From an uncultured Bacteroidales bacterium (GTDB lineage Bacteria > Bacteroidota > Bacteroidia > Bacteroidales > UBA7960): DNA of 64,000 nt. The stretch lies in contig CAZBGI010000010.1 of NCBI GenBank assembly GCA_964491395.1, positions 2,269 through 66,268 of the forward strand, in the 5' to 3' direction. Position numbers and translations under genes: made by a program. The notes under the pieces were generated by a model. That model was given only the letters and a program-made list of their open reading frames with translations, was not told where the DNA came from and did no database searches. Of this stretch, positions 48,394-57,350 are shown piece after piece. Position 1 is the first letter of the stretch. Every line of letters starts with the position of its first letter.

Positions 48394-49719
48394 TTAAATA
48401 CCCCATGGGTAGGTTTCCGGCGTTAGTTGATCTTCAGTTTTTGTTTTAACTGGATGTAGTGCCTGGGTTTCATCCAGGAAAATAAAGGCATCATATCGCT
48501 TCGGAATCAAGCTGGGTACATAATTGCCGTAATAATCCATGTCTGGTTTGTAAACCACGCCAATGGCCCTGTGAAGTAGAGGACTCATCATTTCAGGGTG
48601 ATCCTCAATATCTTTGGTAATGATTAGTTTATCTGTGCCTGAAGATTGATGAAGCATATATTCCCAACTATTAAGACGCGCCTGAGGTACATCCATTTTT
48701 TGCATAGTATCACCCCATTGATTGCTGGCCATAACTGTACCTTTGTAAGAGCCAAAACCTACGGATACAACTTTAGATTCTCCCCACTTTTCTCGTGTGA
48801 GTTGCCCCACGTTGAGCAGTCCGTTCTCTTTCATATCAGTAGCCCTCGCATCACCTATATGGGTATTGTGTTCCCATACAACCGCTTTTGATTCAGAACC
48901 ATGAAAGTCGAGCAGACGTTCCAGTGTATCGGTCATGTGTTCATCCCGTATGTTCCATGAACCCGGGCCCCCTCCAATCATCGCCCTGAAGTAACGTTCA
49001 GCATTTACTGCCGTAATTGCATTTTGCTCAATATTAAAAGGGTTTTCTGGATCGGTGTTATAGGTCGGGGCTTTGGCTCTGACTTGTTGCAGTAAATTTA
49101 CCACTTCATCCTCGCAGCTCTCAGGGGCAAAACGTGAGGAGGTAGCATAATCAGTACCTTCTCTGTTGTAGGGTTCGAAACATTGCAGGGCATCATTGGC
49201 AGCTACCAGTGCATCGGGATCATTTTTCTGAAGGTAGTTTTTAATGACATCCAGAGACTCCCATAAACTGTACACATCCAGGCCGTAAAATCCTGCCTGC
49301 TGATGATAGGCTTTCCCTTTGTTATAATCTTTCAACCATTCCATCAAGGCTGCAATTTCCCAGTTTGCCCACATCCAGGTGGGCCACCGGTGAAAGTGGG
49401 TTAATACATCAAGGGCTGTTTGAGCACTGTTTTCATGTTGCCGCACATATCGGTTGATCTGATAGCAATCGGGCCAGTCTCCTTCCACACCTATCAGCGT
49501 AAACCCTTTCTCTTTTATCAAACGCCGGGTAATATTGGCCCGCCAGAGATAGTATTCATGCGTGCCGTGTGAAGCCTCGCCAAGCAAAACAATGCGGGCA
49601 TTTCCTATTCTCTCCATTAGGGGATCCAGGCTTTTGTGTAAATCATGCGAATGATCATTGATGAAAGACTGAATTTCACGGGTTGAGATTTTGTGCAGAT
49701 TTTTATCTGAATGAGTCAT
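48394..49719 (-). CDS. Erythromycin-esterase-family protein
   Basis: VLLGEASHGTHEYY motif and overall length. The ATG at 49719 (MTHSDKN) is preferred over the track start at 49797, which would overlap the upstream gene. Confidence 0.8.
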   Translation of the reverse strand: MTHSDKNLHKISTREIQSFINDHSHDLHKSLDPLMERIGNARIVLLGEASHGTHEYYLWRANITRRLIKEKGFTLIGVEGDWPDCYQINRYVRQHENSAQTALDVLTHFHRWPTWMWANWEIAALMEWLKDYNKGKAYHQQAGFYGLDVYSLWESLDVIKNYLQKNDPDALVAANDALQCFEPYNREGTDYATSSRFAPESCEDEVVNLLQQVRAKAPTYNTDPENPFNIEQNAITAVNAERYFRAMIGGGPGSWNIRDEHMTDTLERLLDFHGSESKAVVWEHNTHIGDARATDMKENGLLNVGQLTREKWGESKVVSVGFGSYKGTVMASNQWGDTMQKMDVPQARLNSWEYMLHQSSGTDKLIITKDIEDHPEMMSPLLHRAIGVVYKPDMDYYGNYVPSLIPKRYDAFIFLDETQALHPVKTKTEDQLTPETYPWGI

Positions 49720-49765
49720 AATAGCATTTGTTTTTATGGTTATACGAAATGATTTACAGAAAACG

Positions 49766-50980
49766 CTAGGCACCAAACTTGGCCAGTTTACCTGCATGCG
49801 CCATGGCCAGGGTCATGATTTCTTTTGAGAAGATGATGCCCAACTCTCCTTTAAGAGCTGCTATTTCATCAAAGCTCTCCAGGAAAGGACCCCGCAGACC
49901 GGGCGCTTTAAACAGCACCGGTACAGGGTGCCAGCTGTGTGCTGCAAGAGGAGCCGGAGTAGAATGATCGCCCGTAATAATCAGCACATCGGGTTGCTGC
50001 TCAATCAGTGGAGGCAATGCTTCATCCATGGCTTCAATGGCTTTGATCTTTTCTTGTATATTGCCATTTTCTCCGGTTTTATCCGGGTCTTTAAAATGGG
50101 CAAAAACAAAATCATGCTTTTGCATGGCATTCAGCGTTTCAGTGATAATATCTTTGGGAGATTTGGGTTCAGAAAACACTTCCATGCCCAGCAACCGGGC
50201 TATCCCCCGATACATGGGGTAGCCGGCAACCGCAACCGGATCAAGCTTATAGCGTTCATGAAAAGAAGGCCAGTCGGGCAATTGGGCAAAGCCCCGGCTA
50301 AGTATCATATTGGCCGGAGATTCGTCTTTGAGGATTTCTTGAACCTGGTTAAAGATATCCCGGGCAATTTTAGCTGTTTTGCTATTATCATAGGGTGCAC
50401 GAGCAGGATTCATGGGTTGTTCGCCGGTATGTTGCGGATCCGTGTCGCCAACCCTGTCGTCCAGGTTTTCTCCTCTGAGTACCAGCAGGGCCCGGTGTTC
50501 TGATTCCGTTTCGAAAAATATCTCTACTCCATCTTCGATTTCTATGCTATTCTTTATCTTTTCTATTAATTGTCGATTTTTTTCCGAAGAAATTCTTCCG
50601 GCTCTGCGGTCTTCCACTTTTCCTTCGTCGTTAAGGGTACAGAAATTCAGTCGTGCTGCTATATCTCCCTTGCGCAGATTAAATTCAAGTCCCAGGGCAC
50701 TTAATACACCCCTGCCAATCTGATAAATAACAGGGTCATATCCAAATAATCCCAGGTGCCCCGGGCCACTACCCGGGGTAATACCCGGAAAAACAGGATG
50801 GGCCAGACCCAGGGCTGCTTTGTGAGCAAGTTTGTCCATATTGGGTGTGCGGGCCATTTGCAAGGCGGTGCCTTTTCCGTCATTGTCAATATCACCTAAT
50901 CCATCGATCACCAACAGTACTATCTTCTTCTCATTCACCTGTGCAAGCGAGCTTATGAGTTGTCCATAATCATCTTTCAT
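49766..50980 (-). CDS. Archaeal-type cofactor-independent phosphoglycerate mutase homolog (alkaline-phosphatase superfamily)
   Basis: LVIDGLGD near the N-terminus and the TGDHSTP metal-site motif; 404 aa. Confidence 0.8.
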   Translation of the reverse strand: MKDDYGQLISSLAQVNEKKIVLLVIDGLGDIDNDGKGTALQMARTPNMDKLAHKAALGLAHPVFPGITPGSGPGHLGLFGYDPVIYQIGRGVLSALGLEFNLRKGDIAARLNFCTLNDEGKVEDRRAGRISSEKNRQLIEKIKNSIEIEDGVEIFFETESEHRALLVLRGENLDDRVGDTDPQHTGEQPMNPARAPYDNSKTAKIARDIFNQVQEILKDESPANMILSRGFAQLPDWPSFHERYKLDPVAVAGYPMYRGIARLLGMEVFSEPKSPKDIITETLNAMQKHDFVFAHFKDPDKTGENGNIQEKIKAIEAMDEALPPLIEQQPDVLIITGDHSTPAPLAAHSWHPVPVLFKAPGLRGPFLESFDEIAALKGELGIIFSKEIMTLAMAHAGKLAKFGA

Positions 50981-50991
50981 AGCCTGGTTTT

Positions 50992-53052
50992 TTAAGAAAT
51001 TAATTTCATGAATTCATTCTCGTCTATTCGTTTTACATTCCTCTTTTTGGCTTCGTCAAGCTTGCTTCCCGGTCCTTCTCCAACAACCAGGTAGTCTGTA
51101 TTATCGCTTACTGATGAGGTGGCGCGACCACCCAGAGATTCAATTCTTTCTTTGGCTTCATCACGGGTAAAAGCCTCCAGTTCACCTGTAATTACAAAGG
51201 TTTTGTTTTTCAGTTTATCTGACCGGGAAGATTTTTGTTCTTGTATCTTTAACCCGTTTTTTTTGAGTTTATCAAGCATGTCAAGATTATGCCGGCTCCT
51301 GAAAAAATGCACAATACTTTTTGCTATTTCCGGTCCGACTTCCTGTATCTCATTTAATTCCTTTTCGCTGGCATCAGAAAGATTATCCAACGTGGTAAAG
51401 TGCCTGGCCAGTACTTTGGCCACATGCTGACCTACATGTCTTATCCCCAGTGCATAAATAAATTGATCCAGATCTGGTTTTTTTGATTTTTGGATGGCGT
51501 CATGAAGCTTTTGAGAAGATTTTTTAGCATACCCCTCCAGCTTCTCAATGTCGGAAGGTTTTAGTTGATATAAGTCAGGAATATTTTTGATGAGTTGCTT
51601 GTCAACAAGCTGGGCTATAACCTTTTCACCCAGATTGTCAATGTTCATGGCATTTCGGGATGCAAAATGGCTCAGGCTGCCCTTAAGCTGTGCTTCACAT
51701 GACAAACCAGCCGGACAAACAGTATAGGCTCCTTCGCGAACCACCCTGGTATGGCAAACGGGGCATTTTTCAGGCATTTCAAAAGCCTTTTTTCTTTTTT
51801 GCCCTTTTGATTTCACACGTCCGGAAATTTCGGGTATTACATCACCAGCCCGTTTTACTTTTACAGTGTCGCCGGGGCGCACATCTTTTTTCTTTACTTC
51901 ATCTTGGTTGTGCAGGGTTGCACGGCTTACGGTTACCCCGCCCACTTCCACCGGTTCAAGCAAAGCCACGGGAGTGAGAATTCCGGTGCGTCCCACCTGC
52001 ACAATGATATCGATCAGGGTGGTCACTTCTTTCCTGGGTTCAAATTTCCAGGCAAAAGCCCATCGTGGACTGCGCCCACGGTTGCCCAATTCGCTGCGAA
52101 GTTTGCGGTGGTTGAGTTTGATAACCATACCATCTATCTCATAGGGAAGTTTTTCTCTTTTGCTTTCCAGTTCCCGGTAAAAATCCTTTATCCCTTTTTG
52201 GGTATTGGTTTGCTTGCTTTGATCATTGATTTTAAGACCCCATTTCTTAAATTGCTGCCGCAAATCCTGCTGGCTCTCAAAATCACTTTCTTTGCTATTG
52301 CTGCCAATTATTTCATAGAAGAAAATATCGAGCGGTACATCAGCTACTTTGCCCGGATCGAGCTGCCTTACTAACCCTGCTGCTGCATTGCGGGCATTGG
52401 CAAATGCTTTTTTGTTCTTTTCTATGCGTTTTTTGTTAAGTTGCTGAAAGTCTTCCTTGCCAAGGTATATTTCGCCCCGTACAGCAAGTTCCCTGGGAAA
52501 GTCATTGCCGGCACGAAGTTTTAAAGGAAGTGACCCTATGGTTTTTGCATTTTCTGAAATATCTTCACCCTGCAGGCCATCTCCGCGGGTTGCCGCGTAA
52601 TTAAAAGCACCCTTCCGGTAAACAACTTCTACAGAGAGACCGTCGAATTTAGGCTCCAGGAAAAATTCCGTCTTTTTGCCTTTTGTTTTTTTTCGAACAA
52701 ATTCGATAAAGTTTTTCATCTCTTTTTCTTTGGCCGAAGAGTTGAGACTAAGCATGGGAGCAATGTGCTTTTTTTTGGTCAGCTTATCCAGGGGTTCAGC
52801 ACCCACTTTTTGGGTGGGTGAAACATCTGACTGTAAATCCGGAAACTTTTCCTCCAGCTTTAGCAACCGCTCAAAAAGCTCATCATATTTGCGGTCCGAG
52901 ATATCGGGATCATTCTCTATGTAATATTGATGATTGTGATAATTGATAGCTTCGCGCAACTGCTCTGTTTCTTTGCGGGCCTCTTTCAATTTTAAATCAT
53001 CAACATTCCGCATCTCAGGAAAAGGGATTTTTATAAAGGGATTTTTACTCAT
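50992..53052 (-). CDS. ligA: NAD-dependent DNA ligase
   Basis: Adenylation motif EPKFDGLSVE, Zn finger CPVCHTRVVREGAYTVCPAGLSC, HhH repeats and a C-terminal BRCT domain. Confidence 0.96.
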   Translation of the reverse strand: MSKNPFIKIPFPEMRNVDDLKLKEARKETEQLREAINYHNHQYYIENDPDISDRKYDELFERLLKLEEKFPDLQSDVSPTQKVGAEPLDKLTKKKHIAPMLSLNSSAKEKEMKNFIEFVRKKTKGKKTEFFLEPKFDGLSVEVVYRKGAFNYAATRGDGLQGEDISENAKTIGSLPLKLRAGNDFPRELAVRGEIYLGKEDFQQLNKKRIEKNKKAFANARNAAAGLVRQLDPGKVADVPLDIFFYEIIGSNSKESDFESQQDLRQQFKKWGLKINDQSKQTNTQKGIKDFYRELESKREKLPYEIDGMVIKLNHRKLRSELGNRGRSPRWAFAWKFEPRKEVTTLIDIIVQVGRTGILTPVALLEPVEVGGVTVSRATLHNQDEVKKKDVRPGDTVKVKRAGDVIPEISGRVKSKGQKRKKAFEMPEKCPVCHTRVVREGAYTVCPAGLSCEAQLKGSLSHFASRNAMNIDNLGEKVIAQLVDKQLIKNIPDLYQLKPSDIEKLEGYAKKSSQKLHDAIQKSKKPDLDQFIYALGIRHVGQHVAKVLARHFTTLDNLSDASEKELNEIQEVGPEIAKSIVHFFRSRHNLDMLDKLKKNGLKIQEQKSSRSDKLKNKTFVITGELEAFTRDEAKERIESLGGRATSSVSDNTDYLVVGEGPGSKLDEAKKRNVKRIDENEFMKLIS

Positions 53053-53070
53053 GGCGTAATTTTTTCCGGA

Positions 53071-53859
53071 TCATGAATCGCTTTTTTTCTGGCAATCAGG
53101 ACAGTAATAACCTGCCCTTCCAGATATTTTGATTTTCTTTATTTTGCCCTTGCCCCTGGGACATTTTTTGCCATCTTTGCGATTGGGAAGTAAAAAATCA
53201 TCAGGCATACGGCTAACATCAGCTTCTTTTTTAATGGCAGTTTTAAGCACTTTGTCCATTTGTTTATACAGCTCTTTTCCTTGTTTTTCAGTAAGCTTAT
53301 TTGCTTTTTGCCTGGGATGAATGCAGGCATGAAACAGAATTTCATCCGCATATACATTTCCAATACCACATAATGTGGATTGATCCATGAAAAAACTTTT
53401 AATGGAGGCTCTGCTTTCATTCATTTTAGAAAGAAATTCCGTTTGACTGATCCCGAGGGCATCAGGACCCAGATCCTGCTCTTTTATATATTCTTCTGTA
53501 TTATTGGTGATCTCAACCTTGCCCAGTTTTCGTTTTGAAACATATACAAGTTTATGCTTGTTGTTCAGTTCAAATATACATTTGGCATAAGAGGAAACTT
53601 CTGAATCTGTATCACTATAGCTAAGAAGGCCCGTCATACCGAAATGCAATACCAGAGAATAATTGTTGTCCATTTCTATGAACAGGTATTTTCCTCTGCG
53701 CCGGGTCTTTTTTATTTCCTGGTTTTTTATATATCTGCCCAGGCTGCTTTTGGTGGCATCAATAAATTTTTCATCTTTTACAACTATATCCTCCACCTTG
53801 CTTCCAATGGATTTATCAGCTGCTTTTTTGTATACTTCAACATCTGGCAATTCGGGCAT
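53071..53859 (-). CDS. mutM: Fpg/Nei-family DNA glycosylase (formamidopyrimidine-DNA glycosylase-like)
   Basis: MPELPDVE catalytic N-terminus, H2TH region and a C-terminal CPRG...CPDC zinc finger. Confidence 0.88.
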   Translation of the reverse strand: MPELPDVEVYKKAADKSIGSKVEDIVVKDEKFIDATKSSLGRYIKNQEIKKTRRRGKYLFIEMDNNYSLVLHFGMTGLLSYSDTDSEVSSYAKCIFELNNKHKLVYVSKRKLGKVEITNNTEEYIKEQDLGPDALGISQTEFLSKMNESRASIKSFFMDQSTLCGIGNVYADEILFHACIHPRQKANKLTEKQGKELYKQMDKVLKTAIKKEADVSRMPDDFLLPNRKDGKKCPRGKGKIKKIKISGRAGYYCPDCQKKSDS

Positions 53860-53897
53860 AACAGGGTGTTTTTATTGGTTTTAAAATGGCAACGATT

Positions 53898-53952
53898 ACA
53901 AAAGCAACAACTTTAAGCATGTACCCTACAAGCATAAAGCTGTTGCTTTTGT
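53898..53952 (-). terminator. Long stable hairpin between the BON gene and fpg (possible terminator or RNA-stability element; no clean U-tract)
   Basis: Perfect 12-bp outer stem ACAAAAGCAACA (53898-53909) with TGTTGCTTTTGT (53941-53952), plus inner pairing CTTTA.GC / GC.TAAAG. Confidence 0.4.
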
Positions 53953-53968
53953 TGCTGTGAGAAAATAG

Positions 53969-54637
53969 TTATCCAACGATAATGTCATCAATAACATCCA
54001 ATACACCTGCAGTAAGCATGGCTGTATCAAATGCTTCTTTTTTCATGGTATAATAAGGAACAATTCCTGAAAGACGAGCAACGCCATTGGTTACACTTAC
54101 GTCAACTTTGTCGGCATCAATGAAAATATTCCTTTGGAATGCCCTTTTAATATCACTTTCGATGTCTAAATCAACAAATGTTTTTCCCACAATAACGGTT
54201 AGATTGTTTTCAACATACAATACACCCTTTGTGGCATAAGACAAATTGGAAGCGAGATTCTTCTCCCAATAACTATTTACGGTACCTGTTAGCGTAACAA
54301 CCCCATTTGTAGTTTCAATGTCGATATTTGTTGCATCGATCTGGTCATTCCAAAGGAGTTTGCTTTCTATCATGTTGGTAATCTCGGTGTCACTTGGTAA
54401 TGTCACTCCTGCCGGGAATTCAACTTCGATATTGTTATCCACCCGTACTACATCAGCCACACGATAAGCATTATCCTGGGCAGCTATTTTTGCAGTATAG
54501 CTGGGCACAACACCTGAAAGTTGAACAACCCCATCAGCTACACTTACCAATACGTCATTTGCATCAACGCTGGCATCCCAAGTCAATTGGTCTACCACTT
54601 CCTGTTTGATTAATTCATCTGCTTTTTTTGTACTCAT
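53969..54637 (-). CDS. BON-domain protein (three BON repeats, OsmY-like), paralog 1
   Basis: Three repeats of the V.V.V.dGVV.LsG.V type. No signal peptide seen. Confidence 0.8.
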   Translation of the reverse strand: MSTKKADELIKQEVVDQLTWDASVDANDVLVSVADGVVQLSGVVPSYTAKIAAQDNAYRVADVVRVDNNIEVEFPAGVTLPSDTEITNMIESKLLWNDQIDATNIDIETTNGVVTLTGTVNSYWEKNLASNLSYATKGVLYVENNLTVIVGKTFVDLDIESDIKRAFQRNIFIDADKVDVSVTNGVARLSGIVPYYTMKKEAFDTAMLTAGVLDVIDDIIVG

Positions 54638-54789
54638 AACAGTAAAATTTTAAGGTTTCTAAAAAGGTTTCTTGCATGATCAAAATGTAAAAAGACATTT
54701 CAATTGCTTTAAATAGCGTAAAGAAATCAGAGGTATAAATTTGTCAGGCAGCCTGCAATGGTTGTTACTTTTGTTGATGTTTTTCAAAA

Positions 54790-55455
54790 TTAAGCTATGA
54801 TAATATCATCCGTTACATCTAATATTCCTGCAGTCATCATGGCAGCATTAAACGCTTCTTCTTTCATAGGGTAGAGAGGAACAGTGCCTGTAAGATGAGC
54901 AATACCATTCTTCACCGAGACATCAATTTTATCGGCATCAATTAAAACATTTCTTTTGAAAGCCCTTTTGATATCATTTTCAATATCAGTATCAGAAAAT
55001 TTTTTTCCAGCAACAACGGCAAGATTGTTTTCTACATGCTGAACCCCCTTTGTCGCAGACGCAAGATTTTTAGCGAGACTTTTCTCCCAAAAACTATTTA
55101 CTGTACCTGTTAGAGTAACAGCACCCTTGAGGGTCTCAACATGAATGTTGTCGGCATCTATTCGATCATCCCAAAGGAACTTTTTATTAATCATGTTGGT
55201 AATCTCGGTATCAACCGATATTATTAATTCGGGCAGAAGCTCAACATCAATTAAGTTTTCTACTCTCACTACATCAGCCACCTTATAGGCATTTTTCCCG
55301 GCAGCATGTTTTGCAGTGTAAGTTGACACTACACCTGATAACTGAACAACTCCGTCATCTACATTTACATTAACATCATTGGCATCTATGCTGGTGTCCC
55401 AAACCAATTGGTCCAGCACCTCCTGTTTAATAAATTCATCTGTATTTTTTTTCAT
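54790..55455 (-). CDS. BON-domain protein (three BON repeats, OsmY-like), paralog 2
   Basis: Colinear with paralog 1 over the full length, roughly two-thirds identical by eye. Confidence 0.8.
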   Translation of the reverse strand: MKKNTDEFIKQEVLDQLVWDTSIDANDVNVNVDDGVVQLSGVVSTYTAKHAAGKNAYKVADVVRVENLIDVELLPELIISVDTEITNMINKKFLWDDRIDADNIHVETLKGAVTLTGTVNSFWEKSLAKNLASATKGVQHVENNLAVVAGKKFSDTDIENDIKRAFKRNVLIDADKIDVSVKNGIAHLTGTVPLYPMKEEAFNAAMMTAGILDVTDDIIIA

Positions 55456-55659
55456 ATCATTTTGTGTTTGAAAACTTAATTGACTTTTTTACTACAAAAA
55501 TCTGCCAAAAGACGTTCCAATTTCATTGTTTCCAACTGAAATTGAAGCACCTTTGTGAGATAAAGTGTGCAGGTTGCATTATAGCTTTGCAAAGAATTCC
55601 GGGGTGTTGTTTTGAGGAAATAAGATTGCAGGAAATTTTACACAGGTGTGTAGAAAATA

Positions 55660-56391
55660 CTACAACCCGAAAAGCTTTTTAAGCGTAAGGGCATTTTTAA
55701 AAGCATTCCCATGCTTGTCATTATTAAAGTAAATAAACAACTGCTGAATATCCTCCAGTTCACTCAATCGGTTTTTCCAATCTTTCAGTTCGTTTTCAGA
55801 ATAGAGATAATCATACCATTCGCTTTTCCCATGAAACCTTACATAAGCGGTTTTGTGGGTCACAACGAGGTCTTCGGGAAGATTGCCGGGAGCAGACAGA
55901 ATACAAAAAGCAACATTGTTTTTTTTCATCAACTCATAAATCTCTTCGTCGAACCAGGAATGATGGCGAAACTCAAACACATGGGTAAAGTTTTTATCCA
56001 GTTTCGTGCACAAGGATTCCAGTTTAGCGACGTTTTTGTGCAGATTTCCCGGCAATTGCCAGAGTATGCAGCTGATTTTTTCTTTAAGAGGATTGAGGGA
56101 TGTCTGAAAAGCGTCCAGTTTTTCCATGAAAGCGTCGTCAATATTAAACTTCTTCAGATGGGTAAAAAACCGATGCGCCTTAATGGTGAATGTAAAATGC
56201 TCAGGGGTTTGGCTGTTCCAGTTATCCAGGGTTTCTTTTTCGGGGAACTTGTAGAAGGTATTATTGATTTCAACAGTATTAAACTTTTTTGCATAAAATG
56301 AAAGCCATTCTTCCTTGGGTAATTCATCCGGGTAAAAGCTCCCTTTCCAGTCTTCGTATGAATAGCCGCTACAACCTATATGAGTTTTCAT
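55660..56391 (-). CDS. DUF72-family protein (YecE-like)
   Basis: IGCSGYSYEDWKGSFYP N-terminus and NNTFY motif. Confidence 0.88.
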   Translation of the reverse strand: MKTHIGCSGYSYEDWKGSFYPDELPKEEWLSFYAKKFNTVEINNTFYKFPEKETLDNWNSQTPEHFTFTIKAHRFFTHLKKFNIDDAFMEKLDAFQTSLNPLKEKISCILWQLPGNLHKNVAKLESLCTKLDKNFTHVFEFRHHSWFDEEIYELMKKNNVAFCILSAPGNLPEDLVVTHKTAYVRFHGKSEWYDYLYSENELKDWKNRLSELEDIQQLFIYFNNDKHGNAFKNALTLKKLFGL

Positions 56392-56426
56392 GAGATACGT
56401 GGTTTAAGTGAAATACTATTTCATGT

Positions 56427-57224
56427 CTATTGTTGACTTTCATCATTTTTCTGTTGTTCTTTCTTATTCTTTCTGTGATCTTCTTTGGCTGACTCATGTT
56501 CCTTTTCCCCTTTAGGGTTTTGTTTGCGTTGTTCAAGGTTTTTCAGGTTATCTTCCTTGCCATATAGGGTGAGGTTGTCACCGGGTTGTATTTGAGTTGT
56601 GCCATCCGGAGTGCCCAGGTAAGTGCCATCTTTTCGTTCTATGGCAATAAGATTAATGCCCTCTTTTGTCAGTCTCAGTTCTTTTAGTTTCCTGTTGGCC
56701 ATCCAATCATCTTCTTTTACGGTAATCACCGTAATTTCATATTCATCCTGCAGCTTTAGCAATGAGACGTAATCGATATTGCGAAGATTGTGAAATCTGT
56801 TGAGAGCATTATCAATTAACCTTACGAGCTGCTTGTCCAGCCATTTACTTTTAGATAAGGACCAAATTAAAAATATAAAAAAACCGATAAGTCCAAGTCT
56901 TATAAGTCTGTCAAATGATTCCAGTTCGTCTCCTATGAAAGTAAGCATGAGGGAAGCTATGGCGGAAACAACGCCTATATTACCGATAAGCATAAGTACC
57001 ATGATGATTTTTCTTCTCAGAGGATGGGTAGTAATTTTTTCAGCTTCGCGGGTGGTAAAACCCACCCCTGTAAAGGCTGACCTTGCCTGGAATATTGCAG
57101 CATCCTGCGCCAGGCCTGTTTTAATCAAAGCCCTTGCACCTATTTTGGTAATGATAATGGATAAAAATATTATTATAAACAGACTTATTAGGGGACCCAT
57201 TTTCTGGTAATTTTTGCCTGGCAA
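56427..57224 (-). CDS. Small membrane protein with a TrkH/KtrB-like pore-loop motif and a C-terminal RCK_C (TrkA-C) domain
   Basis: TM1, then RSAFTGVGFTT, then two TM segments. The RCK_C-like region is ITVITVKEDDWMANRKLKELRL...IQPGDNLTLYG. Lys/Glu-rich tail. Confidence 0.6.
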   Translation of the reverse strand: MPGKNYQKMGPLISLFIIIFLSIIITKIGARALIKTGLAQDAAIFQARSAFTGVGFTTREAEKITTHPLRRKIIMVLMLIGNIGVVSAIASLMLTFIGDELESFDRLIRLGLIGFFIFLIWSLSKSKWLDKQLVRLIDNALNRFHNLRNIDYVSLLKLQDEYEITVITVKEDDWMANRKLKELRLTKEGINLIAIERKDGTYLGTPDGTTQIQPGDNLTLYGKEDNLKNLEQRKQNPKGEKEHESAKEDHRKNKKEQQKNDESQQ

Positions 57225-57278
57225 TCTCTTCTGTAGGGAGGATGATTCAAGTTATTTTTATAATTGTTGTTGATTGAG

Positions 57279-57324
57279 TCATCCCCGGAAGGAAAAGGCA
57301 AGACCTTTATATTCCCGGGGATGA
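57279..57324 (-). terminator. Stable GC-rich hairpin downstream of the PRC-barrel gene (no U-tract)
   Basis: 10-bp stem TCATCCCCGG (57279-57288) with CCGGGGATGA (57315-57324), plus inner AAAGG/CCTTT pairing. Confidence 0.4.
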
Positions 57325-57350
57325 ATGGTGTAAAGGAATTAAAATCCTAC

